Positions 1 through 13,082 of a stretch of DNA of 64,000 nt are shown here, piece by piece (the stretch's first letter is position 1; the number at the start of each line of letters is the position of its first letter). The stretch is taken from the NCBI GenBank assembly GCA_964106915.2, contig OZ066914.1. The stretch is one strand, 5' to 3'. The notes under the pieces are model-generated. The model saw only the letters and a program-made list of their open reading frames with translations. It did not search any database and was not told where the DNA came from. A program made the position numbers and the translations under genes. This stretch comes from Podarcis gaigeae. Lineage: Eukaryota.

Positions 1-107
1 GGCAGCGGGAGGCCCCATTAGCTAAAGTGGTTCTTCAGTTTAAGAACAGTTTCAGGTTAAGAATGGACCTCCAGAACGAATTAAGTACTTAACCTGAGGT
101 ACCACTG
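1..107 (+). mobile_element. Tc1/mariner (pogo/Tigger-like) MITE, 3' part cut by the window edge
   Basis: Ends in the TIR aacctgaggtaccactg followed by TA; near-identical to the copy at 1303-1528. Confidence 0.85.
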
Positions 108-869
108 TAATTGTAACAGGATATGCATTTTGTGTATTTAATGTGCAACACTCTAGCAGATTAAAATTTACACATTTCAATTTGTGCTCAATTTCTCTCT
201 TAATCCAAAGCCTGGTCATTCCACTCTATGAACTTTGATTTCCAGCCTAACTGAAATTAATAATGAAAATATGGCATAGCTCCATTCAAGGGACACAGTT
301 AATTTCATAATTTCACTGTTTACTATGTGCAAAGGGCACCAATATAAAAGCACTTTGACAAACGTAAGATATTGAAGCACAGGGACCAGCCTTTAAATTT
401 CTGGGTTTTATTATTTTTTAATGTTTTCCATGTTCTACTCTGGAAACATTTGAGTTGAAGGGTTAATACACACAAAATATATATCCATGTGTAATATCTA
501 GTTAGAGAGATAGATAGATATCCTTGTCTATTTTTATTGGTTACTTGGTCTGATTTTAGAAACTGCAGGGTTGTGAACCATGAAGTCATACCAACACTGT
601 ACTGGTATATGGAAAAGGGGAGGATAAGTCGATAGTTACATAACCCTATATTTGTCATTCTTGGCAGCAAGATTTGGAACTGGAACATCTGGCAGGAAGC
701 TGAGCTGACCTAGCAATATTGCACTGGAGAAGCATAGTATTTGCTCTAGGAAATATTTGCTTAAGCCAACACATAAGAGAGTGGGCTGCCCACTTAACCG
801 AGGCAGCTTTCTGATCACTGTTCACTAGTGAATATTACTGATCAAACTACATACATACAGCTTAATATA

Positions 870-1219
870 CCGCATTTTTCACTCTATAAGACGCACCAGA
901 CCATAAGACGCACCTAGTTTTTGGAAGAGGAATACAAGGGGAAAAAAAATTCTGAATCCCAGAAGCCAGGACAGCAAGCGGGATCGCTGCGCAGCAATCC
1001 CGCTTGCTGTCCTGGCTTATGGGATAGCCGCGGGCAGCCTCTCCCGGGCAGGGGATGAAGGCTCCCCTTGCCCGGGAGTGCATGCGCTCGGCTATCCCAT
1101 AAGCCAGGACAGCCAGCTGTGCGTGGCTAAAGCTCCCCCAAGAGCCGCGCTCCCTTTAAAGAGTGGGCGGAGTGTGAAACGTATGTAACCTGAAGCATAT
1201 GTAACCCGAGGTACCACTG
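870..1219. mobile_element. Composite Tc1/mariner-class element: Tc2-like left end, GC-rich palindromic interior, Tigger-like MITE end
   Basis: TA|CCGCATTTTTCACTCTATAAGACGCAC left end; right end ..gtaacccgaggtaccactg|TA; internal inverted repeats. Confidence 0.65.
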
Positions 1220-1302
1220 TATATAAGTGCAAATCTTTCTTTCTCTCTCTCTGAAGAAAAGTGTATAGATTGTGCATTACCATTTGCCTTTGTTGTAAGC
1301 TA

Positions 1303-1528
1303 CAGTGGTACCTCGGGTTACAGATGCTTCAGGTTACAGATTCCGCTAACCCACAAATAGTACCTTGGGTTAAGAACTTTGCTTCAGGATGAGAATAGAA
1401 ATCATGCTCTGGCGGCGCAGCAGCAGCGGGAGGCCCCATTAGCTAAAGTGGTGCTTCAGGTTAAGAACAGTTTCAGGTTAAGAACAGACCTCCAGAACGA
1501 ATTAAGTTCTTAACCTGAGGTACCACTG
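1303..1528 (+). mobile_element. Tc1/mariner (Tigger-like) MITE, full length, 226 bp
   Basis: TIRs CAGTGGTACCTC(G/A)GGTTA; TA duplication on both sides. Confidence 0.9.
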
Positions 1529-1535
1529 TATAGAG

Positions 1536-1838
1536 CAGGCACGTCCAACTCCCAAGAAAATGCAATCTACTCCCAGTACAAAAAACTGACAGTGATCTAC
1601 CCATTGTCATTGCTAATAGTTGTTAAGCTTTTCTGGGAGGGGGGGGACAAGCCAAAGTTGTGGAGCTTTTTGCAGGGCAGCGCTACAGACAACATTGCTT
1701 CCACTTTCAGCATCCTTTTACATTTACAGCAGCTAAGCAGACAGCTAGCACCAGGGGCAGGAGGCGGAGTCATTACTAGCCCGCTATCTACCACCAACGT
1801 GAGGCTATTGATTGCAGTCGACCTGTTGGACATGCCTG
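1536..1838. mobile_element. hAT non-autonomous DNA transposon
   Basis: TIRs caggcacgtccaac / gttggacatgcctg; 8-bp TSD ctatagag/ctatagat once the adjacent MITE is removed. Confidence 0.8.
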
Positions 1839-2286
1839 CTATAGATCAACCAAAGAGGGCTGCTTTGTATTAGTTATGGCTACCTGCTTTTTTCAGAAAC
1901 CTCAGGAGTTGTTAGCAATGATGTGGTGTGGAAATTTTTCCACTGCTTTGCTGTTCCATTGAAAATGTTCTGTTTATTATTATTTCACTGGTAACAATTA
2001 TGCGTGTTGTTTTGCCTCACATTGTGGAATGTATAGTTACCATTTTGACAGACAAAGGCTTGTGGGGTGGGGTTATATTGCAAAACTCATAGGATTGCTG
2101 TATTTAAAAAGTTGAGGCACAATGCAGACCAAAGATTACTTGCATAAAATCTTACTGTGGTGAATGCAGAGATTGTGAATTATTCTTTTCTTTTTTCAAT
2201 AAATGCAGCCCTGTTCTCCATGTCAATTACTTTAAACTTTCTGGCCACAAACAGATTTCACTTTGCAGTATTTTTGTGGGTTTCTT

Positions 2287-2310
<24 letters not shown>
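2287..2310. repeat. (TC)n microsatellite
   Basis: About 12 TC units. Confidence 0.9.
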
Positions 2311-2324
<14 letters not shown>

Positions 2325-2464
2325 GCTATTTAACCTCTCTGGGTGGCTGGGCATGGGAAAGAGCAGGCTGGAGATCAAGGCGACCCTGGGTGGAAAATTC
2401 TAATAGCTGCATTTTGGATGGATGTTTAGACATTCTTTCTTTCCTATAACTTGTTAACATCAGT

Positions 2465-2900
2465 ACCGTTTTTTCTGCACCCAGCTAGACGTTTTGAAGC
2501 ATCTAGGAGCAATTTCACAATGCAATAAAACAAATTTTGAAATGCATCTATAAAAACAATTTCAAATCCAATACAGATACTGACTAAGATAAAACTCTTC
2601 TCTCAGAGGGCTTGTTGAAAGTGGAAGATCTTAACAAACACCAAACAGGTAGTAGAAGTAGTGCCTGATATGGCCTGATAAGATGGTACCTGCAGGAGGC
2701 CCTGCCCTGCAGAGCACAATGGATGATTGGATATATAAGGGAAGGAGATGATATTTTTGTCCTGGTCCTCAGCTGTATAGGGCTTTGTGCATCAGTACCA
2801 GCACCTTGTAACTAGCTCAGTAGTTAATTGGCAGCCAGAGCTGCAGCACCCATGTACTTTTGGAATAGGGTTCTTAGCCTTCCTGAAACAATCTATTTGA
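2465..2900 (-). mobile_element. Degenerate L2-like LINE 3' fragment
   Basis: Resembles an old L2 3' end in reverse orientation; recognised by eye only, boundaries approximate. Confidence 0.4.
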
Positions 2901-4162
2901 CTATTGTGGGCTTTCATGAGTGCAATGTAAAGTTTGCTGTCAAACTTAGCGTCTCAAGAATTGAGACACTAAGAACATTGTCAGAGCACTGAGAAACATA
3001 AATATTTTTGGTGACATTTTTAGATTTCCTCTTCAATTCCGTTTCAAATGAAGTGATTCTAAATGAAGTTATTGAGTGTTTGTGAGGTTATGTTGAACAA
3101 TTTGTGTGGCACTGCAAATCATTTTGTTCGGTTTTTTTGCCTACGCATATTCACATTATTTGTGACTGTAGAGGCCAGAAATGAAATCTGCAATTCTGTG
3201 AAGTTCATAGGTTGAAGAAAGGGCCTCTGGACCTCCAGAATTACGGGCTGCATATTGTCACAATGAGTTCTTAAATGTTTAATGTGTTTATTTTTTCAGT
3301 AACTTTGGATTCAGTAATGAATATTAAAAGAAGTTGGGGCAGTGGGAGATGAGGTAAAACAGTTGGGAAATAACAGTTATCATGCAGTTCCATAAGGGTG
3401 CTGAGTTTCAGGGCTAGATCAGTAACTTCTGATTTGTTAAGGTCAGAGTTCTAGAGATAGTGATTGCTGAGACTGAGTTTAGGGCAGAAGAAAGATGCTC
3501 ATGTAGTCCTGAACCTGGCTGTCACAGTGCTGGGAAGGAGATGCTTTCCCCTCTACTATACTTTTGGGGAGAGTGGGGGTGGGGAAATTGAGTTTACAGG
3601 ATCCACATATTCATGGTACACATCTCTGAACCCTAATTCCATCTCTGGATAGTTTTAAGCTGTTAATTTTTCTGCTGAACTGGGCAGGGGGGTATTAATC
3701 AGAATTGGAAGAAGCACTCCCCCCCCCCTTCTCCACTGATACGATTTAATTGTGATTTTGATGTAGTTATAGTAATTTTTGTGGTTTTAATATATCTGTC
3801 TGTAAACTGGGGTCTACACATGAAGGATGGCATAGAAATTAATCAAATAAATCTTGTGCTTCCTGGGGGGCAAGAAGCATGTTCAGTCTTCTTCAGGCTA
3901 TTTTTGTGTACATGTGTGAGAGAGTATAAAATGAATATGCAGAAACCATTGCCTTCGGTTTTGTTACCAAAATGATAGCCAAAGGCTATCAGGTTTGCTA
4001 TTAGAAGTAATATAAGCAGTTGACAGAATTGGTGTCTAGAGAGTAGCACTGCATTATTTTTTTTACTGGAATTTCTCAGTGCATGCAGAATTGCCCTCAA
4101 AAATAAGGTTAATCATCAACTAATCAGCCTCTTACTAACACAAGTTCCTTTTGTAATTTCAG

Positions 4163-4267
4163 AAAAAAGCCAAAGGACAGCAGCTGTTTGAACAGATCAT
4201 GTACCATCTGGACCTCATTGAAAATGACTATTTTGGATTACGATTCATGGATTCTGCACAAGTAGCA
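4163..4267 (+). CDS. EPB41L5: EPB41L5 exon (FERM N-lobe): [35 protein letters not shown]
   Basis: tttcag|AAA...GCA|gtgagt; 105 nt, phase 0-0. Confidence 0.96.
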
Positions 4268-7200
4268 GTGAGTGGCATAGGTTTTTTTTTTCCTTCTTAC
4301 AGTAGTAAAGTTAATTAAATCATACTAGGCCAAACACAAGACTTGTGCAAGTGTTAAGTTGTTCTTGGTGCAACAAGATTTATAGATGAGTTTAAGAAAT
4401 TGTCCTGAACTTTGGTATAAAACCAGTTTCCCTTTTTCATGTCCTCTGTCCTAGTTTGGATAGATAAAAAATAGGGATCAGAGAGTTGTTGGTTCTAATT
4501 CAAATCTCAAAAATGAGAATATGTTTAATTCCCCCCCCCTTTTAATTTGTATTGAAGTACCGTAAATCAAACAAATCAAGACAATAAAATAATAGAAGTT
4601 CATGACTTCTGTTTCTTTCATAGTATGAAAAGTATTTTTTAGTGCCTTGGAGTCTTTGTTGCATGTAATTCATGTTGCACACATGTTTATTGGATCATAG
4701 CTTAAAGGTCCTGGCCACTTTGGACAGAACCATCAGAAAGGAGGGTCAGAAGGGGGTAAAACCCCCTTGGGCTTTCTGTGGAGGTGTGTGTATGACCTCC
4801 CAGTGCCCCAGACCTGACCCATAAAATCTTAATGCAGCATCATAGAAACTTTAAGGCAGGGGTGAGGAAATTCTTCTCCTCCAGGCCATGCTTTTAAAAC
4901 CACACTTATCTGCAGGTCAACTGACATCACTCTGATGGGGGAGAAATAAGTTGATTGGGGTGGTGGGGTTTAATTTTGGTGTTGCTTTCAAAGCTCTGTC
5001 ACCTACCACCACTATGATTTGGTCTTCCAGGGGTGGGGAGATAAGAATCTGGTCCACCAGGCAGAAAAGGATCCCCACCCCTGCTTTAAGGTCGTCTGAG
5101 AAAAACTATCATTCCAAATGGCAGATCTGACTTCAGTGCAGTTGCAGTTCTGTGTGTTCTGAGAATGCAGGGCTCTAGTAAGCCCATCTTCCAGGATAGT
5201 TAGAATTCTTTTTTGGTGTTCTGGTCAGGCACAAAACCTTTCTGGTTTTTGTGTATGTTGCTGGACTGTTTCTACCCAGTCTTAAATTCATGATTCAGTC
5301 AAAAGGCATATGCACCAAGCACCAAGTCATGATCTTGGTTAATTAAGTGTGTCTGTATATATTACATAGAATTTCACAACTGAGATTATTTTGGTAGTTC
5401 TACATTGCATTTCCATCACCTCACATGTCAGGCAATGAAAAACTCTTCTGACCTTAATCATATTTTCTTGTGACTTGTTCTTATAGCCTAGGGTTCCATG
5501 AGTCTCACTAGATACTGTATGATTTACTTGCTTTAGGCAATTTATATTTGTTTGCATTCAGCTGGTCATTGTGCACTTGGAAGAGTGCATTGCTCAGTCT
5601 AATGCAATTGCTTCAGCTTTCTGTTAATTGTGATGCAGTGCTAATGTTTGTCAGGTATATAAAAAATGGTGTTAAAGACCATGTCTTTTTTATTTTAATG
5701 AGCTCTGCCTTTTATACAAATAGTTGAATCTTGAATGATGTTGATGTAGTACAAGTTAATTCTGTGAGTATAACTTGGGAGTTGCCTTTACAATCCAAGA
5801 GACTTTTATGTTCCTTTGTCTTTGTTGCTTCCCCCTCCCATTGTATTTTTGGTTAACATTGAGTTAGAAGGGACCCTAAACAACACCAATGCAAATAATT
5901 CACCTTAGTGCTATGTATTCAACCTTAAACCTACTGCCCAGGAAATCATCAAAAATCCTAAAAATCATCCCAGGAGGAAAAAGGCTTTTGCATGTATTCA
6001 TTTTGAATTACAGCCGGAGGTTCATGGCTTGCGGGGATGGCTAGCAGCCCAATAGTAGGGAGATCTGTGAGTAGCTTGGCTCAGGCCAAAAAAGTTGCAG
6101 GACACTTTCTCAGATTGTAATTTTTTCAGTTGGGAGTATCCTCTGGCTTAATCTTTTGACCCATTACTCTTACCGTAACCTTGCCTTGTTTCGTGAAGTG
6201 TGTATTTCTGCAGGATTAGAGTTCGTGCCTGACCCTGCTGAATTTGACAGCTGCGGTAGGAAAAGTAATATATTCCAAGCATTGTGTTGCAGTTTACTTG
6301 GAGTAAAGTATAGTTACCAAGTGCAACTGCAACATGAGATCAGGTCTCAGTGTCTCCCAGGCTTTGTTCTGTAAAAGTAATTCCCTCCCCCTCTTCTGTG
6401 TGCCAGTCAAGCTGAACTCTTGGAGATGGCGCTGGTGTTAGGAACTGAGTTGAACTAAGTGGTGTCGGTGCCTGTCTCTGGTCTGTTAACTGCCTTTCTG
6501 TGGAATGTGGAGGAGGTGAAGGAAAACAGATTGGAGATGAAGCAAACTTATACTTTGCCCTACAGTCTGGGAACATCTTTCTTTTTTTTCTTTTTTCTCT
6601 TTTCTTTTCTTTTCTTTTCTTTTCTTCCTTCCTTGTCCCTGTTGTTTGTGTATAGGCACCATAGCACTTGTAATACTCTATTTTGGTGGATTTGTTTTCT
6701 TACCAAAGGAAACTTATGTTGGATGGGTGCAGACAACTGATGGAAAACTATCCAAAGAAGGCATGTTTATGATAAAACTTTCTATAATTGATTAATTGCA
6801 TTGAATGAAATAATCTTATTTCGTTCCAAAGCAGTAGGACAGTTCCATGAAAATATCAACCAACAGGCCCTTTTTTATCTTCCTATATAGTTAACATGCT
6901 ATGTATCTTTTTAAAGATAGTTTTCCAAAGTTTTATTATCTGGCATCAGTTCTACACATGAGTGAGACATCCAGAAGCAGGGCATGCAGAATGATTCAGA
7001 ATTTTTCTTAATTTTTTTACTAACTTTTAGCTAAATACTTTTCAATTCATTTAACAACCCATTATTTTATTGGTAGTTTCACTTTTGCTTTTGATACCTG
7101 AGAAGAAATGGTATGTTAGGAATAAATATTAGTGAGGTCTTGTTTTGTAGGTTGTGTGTGAGTGAGTGACTTGTCATAAGCAATGTTGGTCACATTAAGC

Positions 7201-10200
7201 TGGTCACAGAAAACCTTTTCCCCACATGGATAAATAAACAGTATGAGAAGTTTGACACTTGCCCATGAAACATTAGCTGTTTTTGTATGTGGCTGCAGAT
7301 GGGAAAAACTGATTCACACTTTAAGAGAATACAGTTATCTAAGTTACAGATATATTCTTGAAGTTGCAAAACTCTTGTGTTGGTCAAATACTTTAAAACA
7401 CAGTTCTAAAAAGGCAAATGTTAACTATTTGGCATGCTTTTTGGTTTTTGTAGGGAAGATCAATCCAGTTAAACCACCAATAGTTTAATGTTATTTGGAG
7501 TTCAAATAATATTAGTTAACACACAAATTATTATGTAAACAAGCTTACAAATATAATGGTGGTAATTATGGAATTACCTAACAACAACAAGAACAACAAC
7601 AGCTGTCATTTAATTATGATTCCACTACATTGCTACTCCATTGGTATAGTTCAGGAACAGTTTAATCATGTGGTCTTTGCTGGTTTAGATGAATTTTGTC
7701 AAGTTTCCCAAATGCCTAGAAATTTGATGGTGTAAGATGGGTGTATGTTGTTTCATACTGCTTGTAATGTATTTTAAATTGTAATCCTGGGGCTTTGGTA
7801 TATTATTAGTATTAGTATTAGTATCATCAATATTTGCTGCAGGTGGGATTAAAGTTGCTATAGCTGCTGTCATTGTGAACACCCTGTGTTTAGAGGTGAG
7901 CCCATATTTATCACAGGGCTGCATGTGCCATTTTGGGTCAGTCTCAGTCTGGGGGAGTGAGGATTAGGTGATGTCAAGTTGTACTAGCATCAGGTCTGAC
8001 AACCATCTCCATTATAAGATGCCTGTCGGCACACTATTGACTACAGCATGGGGTGGGGAGCCACGTAATGTATTCTGAATGATAGCAGTGGTATTTAAAG
8101 GAAAGCCTGAGGCCAGTACAATACTGGTAACTCTACAGTATTATATTTGGAATGGTATCATTACATATAAGGATGTTATCACCTAGGAAAAATACTTGGC
8201 AGATTTAAGGAAATACCCAACCCGCAGTTAACATATTTTGTGAACTTAGCTGCTACATCCTTATGTTCTGAACTTAATGTGATCTGCAAGTTTTTATCTT
8301 GTACTGCTTGCTTCATTCCAGCTGCTGAGCTCTCTGAGAGGAACTTGTATAAACAATTCATGCTAATGCTTGTGTCAGCACTTGAAAGAGACAATGCATT
8401 CCACAATACTAGTTTTTAATCGTAACTGTGAGAAAGTTTGTGTGCTTGAATAGAAAGGATGCACTTTTAAGTGAAAAGTTACATTGGCATGCCTTTTCTT
8501 TTCATAGATGGGAGATATAATCTTTTCCATATCTCTTTGGTAAGATGTCAGCTTGAAACGCATTGAAACATATGTTAGAATTTTGACAATCCCAGCAGCT
8601 TTCTGGCTCTATGACTTGCAAAGATACATTTGTGCTGCAAATTGCAGATCATGATTTCAGTGCTTGAGAAATTATTAACTTGCCTCTTGAAACGTATTCT
8701 AGCAAGCTGTTACAGTCAATTAACTGTAGGTCAGGAACACTGAATATGTTGCCCTTAAAATGCCTTATACTGCTTAGAACTATTTTGGCTTGTTTTGTTC
8801 TATGAGTTTCTAATTTGCATACTATATTTTTGTGTTGAAAGCATAAAGTTTATTATTATTAATTTTTCTTTCAGCACTGGTTGGACAACACAAAGAGTAT
8901 TAAAAAACAAGTTAAAAGTAAGTGAAGTTTGTGTTTTTAAAAATCTGATTTACTTGAGTATCGACGAAGACTTTGTTTCCCCAAAATATACCATGGCAGT
9001 ATGAAACTGTTCAAAGAACAATGTTGTAATGCCAAGTTTCTGGCATTACAACTGATCTTTGACTCACATTACATTTACTACATGACGTATTGAAAGTTAA
9101 TTCAGTACAGGGCAAAAAAGAAAAGAAAAAAGGGGCTCCAATTGTTTAAAGATTCTGTAGCACATTTCTTTTTGCACTTTCTGCTTTATGAGTATTACTA
9201 AAATGGATTTGGTGAACTATATTTTGTGGTTCGAGGACCCGTACCCCACGCAGTGGAATGAAACACAAGGACACGTGATATAAGGTTAATGGGCAAGAAA
9301 AGGCCACAACTTTATTGATTACAGCAAGTGAAAAGGTATTGGCTTAGGCATTGGATTACGTCAGCTGACCCCACCCATTCGGAGAGGGGTGAGTCTAAAA
9401 AACAAGGGGGGTTTATTCACCAGTAGGTGGAGCCTGTTGATGCTAATCCAACTATAAGCTCTCCCCTGATGTCACCGAGGGTCGTGCCATGGCCTCCCGC
9501 CACGCAGGCATCGGAGAGAATACACGACCGACGGATTCCTTTAACGGAATACCCAAAAATTGAAGGCGCAGGCGATGGCCACACCTAGCCCTTCGACTCC
9601 ACATTATTCCAATGCCTAACCTACCCACCAATACCACAAAAGTTGTGACGATTGCTACGAGGTAGGCGAAAAAACCAAAAAGCCTAATGTCAAATGGAAA
9701 AATTCCTACCAGGCCCCCCGAACAACCAGGGCGACCAACCTAAGGTCCATAACAAGGCCAAAAGAAAACTGGAACCCTGCTCTAAGGGAGTGGAGGGTGG
9801 GTGACTTGCGACGGGACGATGAAAAGTGAGGGCTGGAGGCTGGCGCCACAGCAATTTAGGCTGCTGTACAGGCCCCCCCTTGAAGGCACCTGGTTGGGTT
9901 ACTGGCCGGGGGCGTGGGCGCCAGCCAGGTGAGTGGGAGGCAGGGGGCAAACGCCCCCTGCTTGAGGCGGAATCCGGCTCCCGGCCACAACCACTCCCCT
10001 CTCTTGCAGGGAGGAGAGTCTTTAGTAATCTTTGCTTTGCTGACTTATTGTGATGTGTATTTGTATTTTTTCTGTGACTGATATACATTGACTTTTTTAA
10101 AAGGAACTGTTCTAGTAATGTAAATCAAAAGGGGGAAGAAACTTTGAAGATCTGGTATTACAGGTGACCTGAATCAGTGAGTGTTGAGGTGTATGAGTAA

Positions 10201-13043
10201 CATCATATTCCTGGTTTAGAATTTCTCTCATTAGAAGGAAATGAGGTGTGGAGTCGGCCGCAATAAAATGTTTAGCTAGCTGTCTTCCTATGACACAAAC
10301 TAACAACTGGAGGTACTCCCCAAAACTTAAGACTGCCTGGGTAGAGTTTATAAGGATTTGATTGGGGTACAAAGCTGAGATTGATGGATTTCTCAGTTCA
10401 TGGAATAGAGCCTTGTAATATTGGGATTAACCTAGATTTGTCTGTTCTTCTTGGCAAGACAAATCAACTTAATGTAATGAGACTGAGTTGGCTTCTGGTA
10501 TATAAAACTACTACTGTTTGTTTAGCATTCTCTTTTTTTGCTAGTGTGCTCAGTATTACAGAAGGGATTCCCACCCCCTTTGAATTCTGATTAGGGAATA
10601 TATTTACAAAATAATATCCTTGCTGTCAGAAACCTAATATATTCACTTTTGTAGTTGGTCCACCATACTGTCTACATCTTCGTGTAAAGTTTTACTCTTC
10701 CGAGCCAAACAACCTACGAGAAGAGCTCACCAGGTACGTCGTATTCAGTGATACAAACTGGAGATCTCAAATCCAGTACAATGACCAATTTATGTGCGTC
10801 TATCACACACACATGCACAGCACCAAACCTGGAAGTGATCCTAAAACATCACTAAAAGGGTGGGGAGGGGAGGGATGGAACATTTTACATGGGCCCCTCC
10901 AATGCGTGCAAGGGTCAAGAACATAGCGTCCTGTGCAAAACAAGGATTGCTTGCTTGTTTGCAGTACATTTGCTTTTTGTGCTGTATCTGTCATACTAAT
11001 CTGAATATGATTGTTGGCGGTCTCTCTTTTCCCCCGCTCATAGATGAATCAAAATTCCAATCCACCTGGTTATATCTCACTACTGTAATGTCCCTGAATG
11101 ATAAAATTGCAGGGAAGGCATTTGGGCAGAATCTCACATACATTGTCACAGTTTCAAGGTGTTCCATTCCCACAGTACAGTGAATAGGAGTTCCCAACAC
11201 TTCAGGGAACTGGTAGTTCTTTGGTGCTGGGCGTTTTCCTTTCTGCTGTAATCCTTATACCCAGTCCTTCTGCTCTGGCCTTTGCTTTAAATTGGGTCCT
11301 GATAATCTTTCCAAAACACTGAACTTTTATAGAAATATTTTTAGACATGTTTGGGAAATCCATCCACCCCCTTTCAGTATTGCACACTAGGAAATCAGAG
11401 AAAACAGAAACTACAAATTGGATATTCTTTTATTAGAATTTCATTCTCTTGCGATGAAATATACTGCTCCATGTTTCCATACTTGAAATGAGAGACCACA
11501 GTGCGTTATCTCATAATTAAGTCTAGCTGCTGATATTTGCTGCTCTTCTCCAGTGCTGGAATTGTTCACAAACTCATGGATGTTTCTTGCTCTTTCTTCC
11601 TGAAATAGATATTTATTTGTTCTTCAGCTAAAACAGGACATTTTGAGTGGCAAGTAAGTACTGTTGATAATTATGCTAAATGAAGGGGGCTTGTCTCTTA
11701 TCAAATATGTGCAGGAAATTTAGGATACAAATATAGAACATGTGCATCTCCAAGGTGCTGAAAGTATTAGTAGCTACTTACCATGCTTTGTAGCAGTGGA
11801 CATTAATGGACTCTGGTAGTTATAATTAGCCATTTGTTTAGATTCTTTGCTCAGATTTATTATTTAAAATTCCACAATTGCATCTTAGAAATCTTCCTAA
11901 TTTTTTACCACCTAAAGCAGTGGTTCTCAAAGGGTGTGGCCCGGAGAAGTAAGTTTGAGAACCACTGGCCTAAAGACTATGGTCAGGTTTCTGCAAGGTT
12001 GTACAAAAGAGGAGAATGGGGATGTGCTGCTGTAGGTGGTGCATAACCTGTGTGATGTCAGTTATTAATGGTTCCTTTAATTCAAATGCAGACTTTTTGG
12101 GACAGATTTGGTGTGGTGTAATTGAAGAATATATTAATGATTCCCCAGTCCATATAGTTGTAGGATCTAGGCTGACTTAGGCAAGCTTATTTGCTCCTTT
12201 AATGTAAAGCGTACATTTCCGAAAATCCAAGTGCTATAGGAACATGGGCTTTAAGTATCTTTCTGAGTAATATGTCAAGTTCGCTGAAACGGTTCACTAC
12301 ATCTTCCCCTTCCAAATCATTGACCCATAATCATTTCCTCATACTGCCGTTAAAATTTGCTTGACATTCTTTTTTTTCTCATTGCAGGTTGGAGTGTCCA
12401 TTTGAAACAGCTGTGCAGTTGTCAGCTTACATGTTACAAGGTGAGCTGCCTTAAGGGAACAGCCTTTGTGTGGGTGTATTGCTTGAGGTGCAGGACTGAT
12501 TCGAATAAGACAAGGTTTCCTTTACAGATAGCAAACCTTATGTAAACTGCTGGTCACATTAATTGCCAGGGATTCAGATAAATTACTGTACTTGAGCTAT
12601 TTCTGGGCATTGTTGCTTTTTCGCTTTAGGGATATATTTTGTAGCCAGAGGATTATAACAGCTGATAGGGCTCAGTCATGTGAGGCTTATTACTAAGATC
12701 TTAGCTTTTTCTTGCTACTGTACAATCTAGCACGAGTGGGAAGTATGAGTGGAATCCTGGGGTGTGGACTACCTTATAGTCCTTGGTAGGAAAAAGATGG
12801 GCAGGCGTGAGAAGAATTAACTTACTTAAGTGAAATAAGTATTTTTCCATAGATGCCTCAGAGCTTTGGTTCCATTCAGAAAAACACTGTGAACCTCATA
12901 TTGAGATTTGTTGGTTATTTTGGCAAAGCAAGCTCAGAATTCTGCACTTTGACCTCTACATTTGTACTTACTGAAAGAGATGTCAGCTTGGAAGTGTTTA
13001 CTAGGGATAGTTTGCAACAGAAATTAAGTGTTCTTGCATGATT

Positions 13044-13082
<39 letters not shown>

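Noticed and set aside
9690-10088. 132-aa Pro/Arg-rich ORF and overlapping ORFs
   Set aside because: They lie within a GC-rich LTR, have no recognisable gag/pol/env motifs, and are expected by chance at this GC content.
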